From sequence record OQ721909: a DNA stretch of 64,000 nt. One strand, written 5' to 3'. The notes beneath the pieces are model-generated. The model ran no database searches, was not told where the DNA came from, and was given only the letters and a program-made list of their open reading frames with translations. Position 1 is the first letter of the stretch. Every line of letters starts with the position of its first letter. The stretch is from Escherichia phage vB_VIPECOOM01. The position numbers and the translations under genes are program-made. Below, piece by piece: positions 58,396-64,000 of the stretch.

Positions 58396-58846
58396 AATCC
58401 ACCACTATTAAATCAATATCAGGAGTAAACATGTCGATTAATTTAGAAACCTTATCCCAATCACCGCCAGCAATACCACAACCTATGCGTGGAATGTAAA
58501 TTACTGGTTTAAACAAAAGGGTCTCTGCCTGTAGATTTAATTCTATCATGCAGTTTACTAAAGCACCATAATCAAGATTAGGACCTGGTTCGTATTGTGT
58601 ATACAGATTATAGCATATACCAAATCCCGCAGGACTATGTTTAAAAACAATAGACATATCGCCTAATTTATCACGAGAACCATATTCAGTAGTGGTTTTA
58701 TCTATTTCTAAAATTTTAGGATAGGCCCTTGCTAATTGACCTGCTACACCTGAACCCATAGTATGAAAACAATTGCACCCGTGCGCAATAATATTACCTT
58801 GAAGAAATAGGGCGACAATATCGCCCTTGATATATTTTACAATCAT
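58367..58846 (-). CDS. macro-domain protein (ADP-ribose binding/hydrolase, tk.4 position)
   Basis: 159 aa; macro motifs GNIIAHGCNCFHTMGSGVAGQ and IGCGIAGGDW. Confidence 0.65.
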   Translation of the reverse strand: MIVKYIKGDIVALFLQGNIIAHGCNCFHTMGSGVAGQLARAYPKILEIDKTTTEYGSRDKLGDMSIVFKHSPAGFGICYNLYTQYEPGPNLDYGALVNCMIELNLQAETLLFKPVIYIPRIGCGIAGGDWDKVSKLIDMFTPDIDLIVVDYESTLPASV

Positions 58847-59184
58847 CTAGTACTCAATCCTCGATTATAAGAATCTACCAAACGGTCAACCATTGAATGA
58901 CAAGCGGCTTTATCTTTCTCCTCCGCAACTGAACATTCTAAGGTATTCCACTTTTTAGCATATCGTTTTAATAAAGTATCATTTTTGTATCTGCTTGATT
59001 TATCTCTTTCTCCGTCTTTATATGCATATATTAATTTCTGCGCAAATTCAGCTTGGCATGCTTTATTTTTCCCGCAATAATCCGCGGCAGTACGGTTTAC
59101 ATACTCTCTAATTTCAGTATATGATGTATTTGCTAACGCAGAAAATGAAATTAATCCTATACATAAAACCAAAATTTTAGTCAT
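58843..59184 (-). CDS. secreted small protein (vs position)
   Basis: 113 aa with signal peptide. Confidence 0.4.
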   Translation of the reverse strand: MTKILVLCIGLISFSALANTSYTEIREYVNRTAADYCGKNKACQAEFAQKLIYAYKDGERDKSSRYKNDTLLKRYAKKWNTLECSVAEEKDKAACHSMVDRLVDSYNRGLSTR

Positions 59185-59722
59185 TTACTATTTCCAAAAG
59201 TTTATTATTTTTAAGGTAGTTAGCCTTTTCTAGGACTTCAGAAGCATATTTAGAACCTGCTTTAACATTCCATCCCGAATTATAAGAGGATATCGCCTTT
59301 CTTATATCGCCCTTATGTATATTTAACCAATAAGAAAGTTCAATGTACGCCCATGAAGCTGAATTGGACCGTTTATTCAACATTCTTTTTATTTCAGCAT
59401 CAGTCATATTATAACCAAGTTCCTTAACTCTTGCTCGCATAGTAGGCAAATAATTTTGGAACATTCCGTAGGCATGATGCTTTGGTTTAGATTTTAAATT
59501 AACTCCGGCAGAGCTTTCTTGCCATAAAATAGCAGCCATTATATGACCTAATCCGCTCTTGTGGATATTTTTATGTGTTTTATATTTTCCATCCTTAGAA
59601 AATTGTTCCCCGAATTGATACGCGTAACGCATGTTATCGAGTTGGACATTACTGAAAGTATGCTCGGAGCTATGTGCCATCATAGAAATGGCCAATAGAC
59701 CAGCGAGTAGTGCTTTTCTCAT
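59177..59722 (-). CDS. soluble lytic transglycosylase-like protein (vs.1 position)
   Basis: 181 aa; signal peptide; SLT catalytic motif ILWQESSAG. Confidence 0.65.
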   Translation of the reverse strand: MRKALLAGLLAISMMAHSSEHTFSNVQLDNMRYAYQFGEQFSKDGKYKTHKNIHKSGLGHIMAAILWQESSAGVNLKSKPKHHAYGMFQNYLPTMRARVKELGYNMTDAEIKRMLNKRSNSASWAYIELSYWLNIHKGDIRKAISSYNSGWNVKAGSKYASEVLEKANYLKNNKLLEIVND

Positions 59723-59729
59723 GCTTACC

Positions 59730-60191
59730 TCATTGAGTTTTAATTACTGCTTTAGAAGCCTTTCCCGGTAAACGACGACTGTTGATAATTGCCATCCTGC
59801 ACTGAAGTGACGGGTCTTTGAACTTCGCATTAGGTTTACAAACTGTAAATCCAAGCCAAAGATTTCCATCAGTGATTTCTAAACGCCCAGGACGATATTC
59901 AACCCCATCAATAAAATCCTCGTCAATGTCAGGACGCGGAGGCATATTCAGGAATTCATTAACTTCTAAAACATGGTCTTTTATTTTATGGAATAATTCA
60001 AAAACATATGTCTCATCAATCTCCCGTTGAATTGCACGATCAAGAAGATGCTGAGAATATTTTAGATGAAACGATGAGACTCCTGCTGCTTTTGATGCCT
60101 CACGAATCTCATTGTTAATTTGACGAAACTCCGACTCAAAGTGACGACGGAGTTTATTTCGACGGATAAAAACTTCTGTGTTGATAGTCAT
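59730..60191 (-). CDS. regB: endoribonuclease RegB
   Basis: 153 aa as T4 RegB; position. Confidence 0.75.
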   Translation of the reverse strand: MTINTEVFIRRNKLRRHFESEFRQINNEIREASKAAGVSSFHLKYSQHLLDRAIQREIDETYVFELFHKIKDHVLEVNEFLNMPPRPDIDEDFIDGVEYRPGRLEITDGNLWLGFTVCKPNAKFKDPSLQCRMAIINSRRLPGKASKAVIKTQ

Positions 60192-60251
60192 GTTATTCTC
60201 CTCTTAACTGATAGAAAAATTATACCACAGTCAAGAGGAAAAGTAAACAAG

Positions 60252-60572
60252 TTATTCTTTAAATCTAATCAATTTATTCATAGACTTTGTAACTTCTGCA
60301 CGAACCTCATGCAGGTTTTTAAGCTGTTCAAGACGCTGCTCATAGTAAGCAATTTCATCTTCTTCGAGACAGTCCTGTGAATCTTCTTTAAGATAACGCG
60401 CATAGTCCTGGAAAGCTTTACGGACTACTTCCTGGAAGTCATCAAGACTTTGAATTTTCTTAGGAGCAACAGATACACGACGAGGGGCAGTATAATACTC
60501 ATAACCAAACCCTGCGCTTAATTGAGCCATTAATATTTTTCCTCTGGTTGGAATACCGCGCGACAAGCCCAC
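60252..60572 (-). CDS. hypothetical protein (vs.3 position)
   Basis: 106-aa ORF. Confidence 0.4.
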   Translation of the reverse strand: MGLSRGIPTRGKILMAQLSAGFGYEYYTAPRRVSVAPKKIQSLDDFQEVVRKAFQDYARYLKEDSQDCLEEDEIAYYEQRLEQLKNLHEVRAEVTKSMNKLIRFKE

Positions 60573-60796
60573 ATACTAGCTTCTTTGAGTTTCGTTTTAG
60601 CAATAGTTAGCTGATCGAGGCTTTCAGCATAATTCTTTGCGAATTCGTAGTCTTCGCAATTATCTAGTGCTTCCCAGAATTCATCGTATAAAGCGTCAAA
60701 GATAAGTCCTAAACGAACTTCAGCATCTTTGATAGCATTCACTTTACCGATTTTCTCTTCAGTATGTGGCTTATAACCCTTAATATCTTCAATCAT
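60530..60796 (-). CDS. hypothetical protein at vs.4 position, possible Acb2-like cyclic-nucleotide sponge
   Basis: 88 aa; T4 vs.4 has been described as anti-CBASS Acb2 (from memory); positional only. Confidence 0.35.
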   Translation of the reverse strand: MIEDIKGYKPHTEEKIGKVNAIKDAEVRLGLIFDALYDEFWEALDNCEDYEFAKNYAESLDQLTIAKTKLKEASMWACRAVFQPEEKY

Positions 60797-61010
60797 ATTT
60801 TACTTCCTCACCAGTACCCAAATCATATTCAACTAAACGAATAGGTTCATGAATGCCATATCCCTGAACAGAAATTTCTGTCGTAGGATAAATTCCACTA
60901 ATATCACCCATGTTCCATGCTTCATTAAATTGCTGTTCGCCTGAATTACTAAACCACTCGGCGAAAGCATTTAGCACATCTTTAGAACCTTCAATAATTA
61001 TCTTTGCCAT
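60789..61010 (-). CDS. hypothetical small protein (vs.5 position)
   Basis: 73-aa ORF. Confidence 0.4.
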   Translation of the reverse strand: MAKIIIEGSKDVLNAFAEWFSNSGEQQFNEAWNMGDISGIYPTTEISVQGYGIHEPIRLVEYDLGTGEEVKYD

Positions 61011-61378
61011 TACAAACTCTCAGTAAAGGTACGAGCGATAACGTCGCGCTGCTGTTCCGGAGTCAGAGAGTTAAAGCGAACTGCATAACCGGATACACGG
61101 ATGGTCAGCTGCGGATATTTTTCCGGATGCTTAACTGCATCTTTCAGAGTTTCACGACGCAGAACGTTAACGTTCAGGTGTTGACCACCTTCAATTTTAA
61201 CTGTAGGTTGTGTTTCAATTTCAATTTCAATTTCACGAGCATGCAAACCATAGAAAATTTCTGGGTCTACAAAAGAGTCCTCTTTAAAAGTTTTAGAGAC
61301 AATAATTCGTACTTGAATACCATCTTCAAAATAAATAGTACCTTTATGTGTGCCTTCAAGAATTTGATATGCTTTCAT
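61010..61378 (-). CDS. autonomous glycyl radical cofactor (GrcA/YfiD-like)
   Basis: 122 aa; C-terminal glycyl-radical signature [25 protein letters not shown]. Confidence 0.8.
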   Translation of the reverse strand: MKAYQILEGTHKGTIYFEDGIQVRIIVSKTFKEDSFVDPEIFYGLHAREIEIEIETQPTVKIEGGQHLNVNVLRRETLKDAVKHPEKYPQLTIRVSGYAVRFNSLTPEQQRDVIARTFTESL

Positions 61379-61384
61379 ATAACC

Positions 61385-61765
61385 TCAATTAGAAAATAAA
61401 TTTATCCAAGACTGTTCTTTAATTAAAAATGGCTCAGAATCATATGCCATTAAACTTTGGGTGATTAGTCCTTTAAAAGGCCCATCAATAAATTCCATGG
61501 TAAAATATGGAATTTTATTCATTAATCTTGCATTAGGAGCAGTACACAAAACTCTGCATCCTTTGAATACGCCTTTTTGTAATTTGTATTGCTTAGGATA
61601 AAATTCGCTCAAGACGTTGTTATTTGCCAAAATTTCAAAATGATTCACCAATTTATTTTTAATAGTTTTTGGCGAAAAATAAAGATATTCGAAAAGTTGC
61701 GTATCTGTCATCATTGCATTCCAATTACGAAAAACTGTGGACGAGTAATACCACCAATGCAACAT
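61385..61765 (-). CDS. hypothetical protein (vs.7 position)
   Basis: 126-aa ORF. Confidence 0.4.
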   Translation of the reverse strand: MLHWWYYSSTVFRNWNAMMTDTQLFEYLYFSPKTIKNKLVNHFEILANNNVLSEFYPKQYKLQKGVFKGCRVLCTAPNARLMNKIPYFTMEFIDGPFKGLITQSLMAYDSEPFLIKEQSWINLFSN

Positions 61766-62253
61766 TTACTATTGCAGCAGTGTTGCACAGTTTCAATATG
61801 AATATCGTAAATTTTATCCATATCAGGAGATTTAACAGGCTCATCGATTATATACAAAATCCGCGAAAGCGATAAACCTCTGAACTTGCTACCTCTATTA
61901 CCAACAAAACTACGGACAGAATCAGTAAATAAACGGAATCGAATATCATCATTAGAATAGCGTGAAAATTCTTTTTTAATGTGGCCCGCAGAAATTTTAG
62001 CGTAAGCTGAAGTATTAGAAAGAACAATAACTGTTCCACCGTCATACAACCAATTAGCGGCAAAATTAGTTACTGCAGTTGATTTACCGGATTGACGTCC
62101 ACCATCTAGTCGAAGTGTGCAGTATTCTTTAAATAAATGTGGCGAATCAGGTACATAAAATCCACTATTACAAATTTCTTCTACTCTAGCATCAGAATGG
62201 TGTGTAAAAGCATTCATCAGGGATAGATAAGGACCAGTTAAAAATGTTCTCAT
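61711..62253 (-). CDS. P-loop NTPase-like protein (vs.8 position)
   Basis: 180 aa from ATG at 62253; GGRQSGKST Walker A; track extension is translated leader. Confidence 0.45.
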   Translation of the reverse strand: MRTFLTGPYLSLMNAFTHHSDARVEEICNSGFYVPDSPHLFKEYCTLRLDGGRQSGKSTAVTNFAANWLYDGGTVIVLSNTSAYAKISAGHIKKEFSRYSNDDIRFRLFTDSVRSFVGNRGSKFRGLSLSRILYIIDEPVKSPDMDKIYDIHIETVQHCCNSKCCIGGITRPQFFVIGMQ

Positions 62254-62285
62254 TTTATTCTCTCTAAATTTGGGCCATTCCATGG

Positions 62286-62330
62286 CGCATGAATTGTCCA
62301 TTTCTGTATTTACCCATTACCGCACTTGGG
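62286..62330 (-). promoter_or_regulatory. repeated hairpin-containing leader element, copy 1
   Basis: Shares GCATGAATTGTCC-TTTCT-TATTTA-C-ATTACCG with the ipII copy. Confidence 0.4.
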
Positions 62331-62398
62331 CTCGACCTTATTACAGGTTGGCGGGAATCCCTCATAGAATCATGAGGTCCAGGTTATTCCCATGTTAT

Positions 62399-62815
62399 TT
62401 AAATGTAAATATTTTTGCCGTAATACTTATACCAGTGCGGCTTCATTAAAATTTTTTCATCGAGTCGTTGTTGACTCAACCTAATAGCTGATTTGCATGG
62501 ATTATAATCATTTTTCCATTCTGCTGGAATATCGCTGATGTCAGGAACTTCAGTATCTTTTATACTAAACCCACGTTTTAAGCATTCCATTATAATGTCT
62601 GATTGACGCTTTCGCAAAAATTCTAACTTGTCGTAAAAGAACGTAACATGACCAGAACCTAAAATAAACTCGGAAGATATTTTAAAATCTTTAACCCGCT
62701 TACCATTTGCCACATGTTTACGAACTATACCAAAAACACGTGGCAATTCACGGTATTCTGCGATTAAATGCTGATCAGCAAGTTCAGATACTAAAGTCAA
62801 ATTAATACGAGTCAT
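62399..62815 (-). CDS. denV: endonuclease V (pyrimidine dimer glycosylase)
   Basis: 138 aa; N-terminal [17 protein letters not shown] matches T4 endoV by recall. Confidence 0.9.
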   Translation of the reverse strand: MTRINLTLVSELADQHLIAEYRELPRVFGIVRKHVANGKRVKDFKISSEFILGSGHVTFFYDKLEFLRKRQSDIIMECLKRGFSIKDTEVPDISDIPAEWKNDYNPCKSAIRLSQQRLDEKILMKPHWYKYYGKNIYI

Positions 62816-62872
62816 TTTACCTCTCCAAGTAATTATGAATATACTATCACAATTCTAGGAGAAAGTAAACTG

Positions 62873-63175
62873 TTATTTACCTTTAATTACTTTAGCTGCT
62901 TCGATAGCCGCTTGCTGAAGGTCATCCATAGACATACCGAATTTAGAAGCAAAGTTATCAATTTTCTTTTCGACAGCATTCAAAGGCTTGGCCTGTTTAC
63001 CTTCATTAGCGCCAGGAAGAGCGAGAATACGCTCTTTGTCAATATAAAGGCTTACAAGTTTCTTACGGTCTTTATCGGACAAATCATGAAATGAATGGGC
63101 CTTTTTATTTATAGCGGCTTCTAATTTACCTGCACTCACTCGCGCTTCAGCAATAAATTCTTGATATGTTTTCAT
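62873..63175 (-). CDS. ipII: internal protein II
   Basis: 100 aa as T4 IPII; CTS MKTYQEFIAEA. Confidence 0.85.
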   Translation of the reverse strand: MKTYQEFIAEARVSAGKLEAAINKKAHSFHDLSDKDRKKLVSLYIDKERILALPGANEGKQAKPLNAVEKKIDNFASKFGMSMDDLQQAAIEAAKVIKGK

Positions 63176-63221
63176 ATGTTTCCTTTAAATGTAAATAGTT
63201 TTATTCTTTAAGTTTGGGACA

Positions 63222-63262
63222 ATTCGCACGCATGAATTGTCCGTTTCTATATTTATCTATTA
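63222..63262 (-). promoter_or_regulatory. repeated hairpin-containing leader element, copy 2 (ipIII-ipII gap)
   Basis: Perfect 9-bp inverted repeat GGACAATTC/GAATTGTCC plus shared flanking sequence. Confidence 0.4.
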
Positions 63263-63283
63263 CCGGGTTCGAACTCGGCTTTA

Positions 63284-63862
63284 TTAAGAATTACCACGAG
63301 CTGCATTAGCAACGGCGTAAGCGTACTGAACATTAGCGTCTTTAAACGTACCTTTAGAGGTATCTAGTTCTGCCTTAAAGCCGCCTTTAGTCATAACATC
63401 GGCAAATTCTTTACGGAAAGCCATTGCATCAAGGCTTCTCCATGACGATTTGTGCTTGGCGAATTCAAGACCAGCGTAGTTGACAGCCTTAGCTAATTTA
63501 TTATCAATAACCCATTTACCTGCTTTAGGCACAAATACCGGGCCTTTCTGTTTAGAGAATAGTTTTAAATTCCAGCGACGAAGGTCACCGTCAGCTTTAA
63601 CAAAAGCTGCGTCCAAGTTACTAGCAACAACATCTTGAATATGGCCAAATTTAAGCCCATCAACTTCAATATTTAGATCGGTACGCCAGCGAAGTCCTTC
63701 CCAAGCGAAAGCTTTAAAGTCAGAAGCCTTTGTAGCTAAATACCGTTCAATAGTAGCTGTTTTAGGGTCAAAGCCGTTTCCTCGATAAGTCCACTCATCT
63801 TTATTAATTCCTTTGGCCTTTTCCACAGAAGCTTCAGCGATAAATTCTTTATACGTTTTCAT
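63284..63862 (-). CDS. ipIII: internal protein III
   Basis: 192 aa vs 194 aa in T4; CTS MKTYKEFIAEA. Confidence 0.85.
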   Translation of the reverse strand: MKTYKEFIAEASVEKAKGINKDEWTYRGNGFDPKTATIERYLATKASDFKAFAWEGLRWRTDLNIEVDGLKFGHIQDVVASNLDAAFVKADGDLRRWNLKLFSKQKGPVFVPKAGKWVIDNKLAKAVNYAGLEFAKHKSSWRSLDAMAFRKEFADVMTKGGFKAELDTSKGTFKDANVQYAYAVANAARGNS

Positions 63863-63935
63863 GTGTTTCCTTTAAATATTTTAATTAGTAACTGTGAATA
63901 TACTATCACAGTTCTAGAAGAAAGTAAACAACTTT

Positions 63936-63965
63936 ATAGATTTTTATAGATTTTTATACGCGTCC
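63936..63965. repeat. tandem 10-bp repeat (tagattttta, about 2.5 copies)
   Basis: Visible direct tandem repeat upstream of ipIII, followed by inverted repeat CCACGT/ACGTGG. Confidence 0.6.
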
Positions 63966-64000
63966 CACGTACCAGTTCTAAACGTGGCAATGACTCGTTT

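Noticed and set aside
63250-63283. tRNA-like fragment (ggttcgaactc resembles a T-arm) in the ipIII-ipII spacer
   Set aside because: No acceptor stem, anticodon arm or full cloverleaf can be built; more likely a short terminator-like palindrome.

Overview
This window is the early-gene arm of a T-even (T4-like, Tevenvirinae) phage genome, running from rIIA to ipIII in the same order as the first ~64 kb of the T4 map. Almost every gene is on the minus strand and the genome is tightly packed, with 4-nt ATGA start/stop overlaps. Recognisable genes include rIIA, topoisomerase gene 39, dexA, dda, modA/modB, soc, 56, 61, dmd, 41, uvsX, 42, imm, 43, regA, 62/44/45, rpbA, 46/47, alpha-gt, 55, nrdH/G/D, 49, nrdC, rI, tk, regB, denV, ipII and ipIII. 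The backbone looks T2/T6-like rather than T4: gene 39 is uninterrupted (no gene 60 bypass), nrdD has no intron, the beta-gt slot holds a GT-A-type glycosyltransferase, and there is no segF or mobD. Regulatory signals are readable from sequence: GTTTAC/TATAAT early promoters, MotA-box middle promoters fused to UUCG-tetraloop hairpins, TATAAATA late promoters before soc and rI.1, and the gene 43 translational operator. The most interesting candidates are an unannotated 54-aa ORF between genes 61 and 61.1 carrying the internal-protein capsid-targeting sequence (MKTYKEFIKE), a nucleotidyltransferase-like plus AAA-ATPase pair next to a GIY-YIG-like endonuclease gene, a tandem family of coiled-coil paralogues after nrdC, and a plus-strand membrane-protein gene at the 56/61 junction. 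All assignments rest on motif reading, protein length and synteny from memory of T4; no database search was run. The ORF track uses GTG/TTG starts in places, so some N-termini are approximate, and hand-indexed regulatory coordinates may be off by a few nt.
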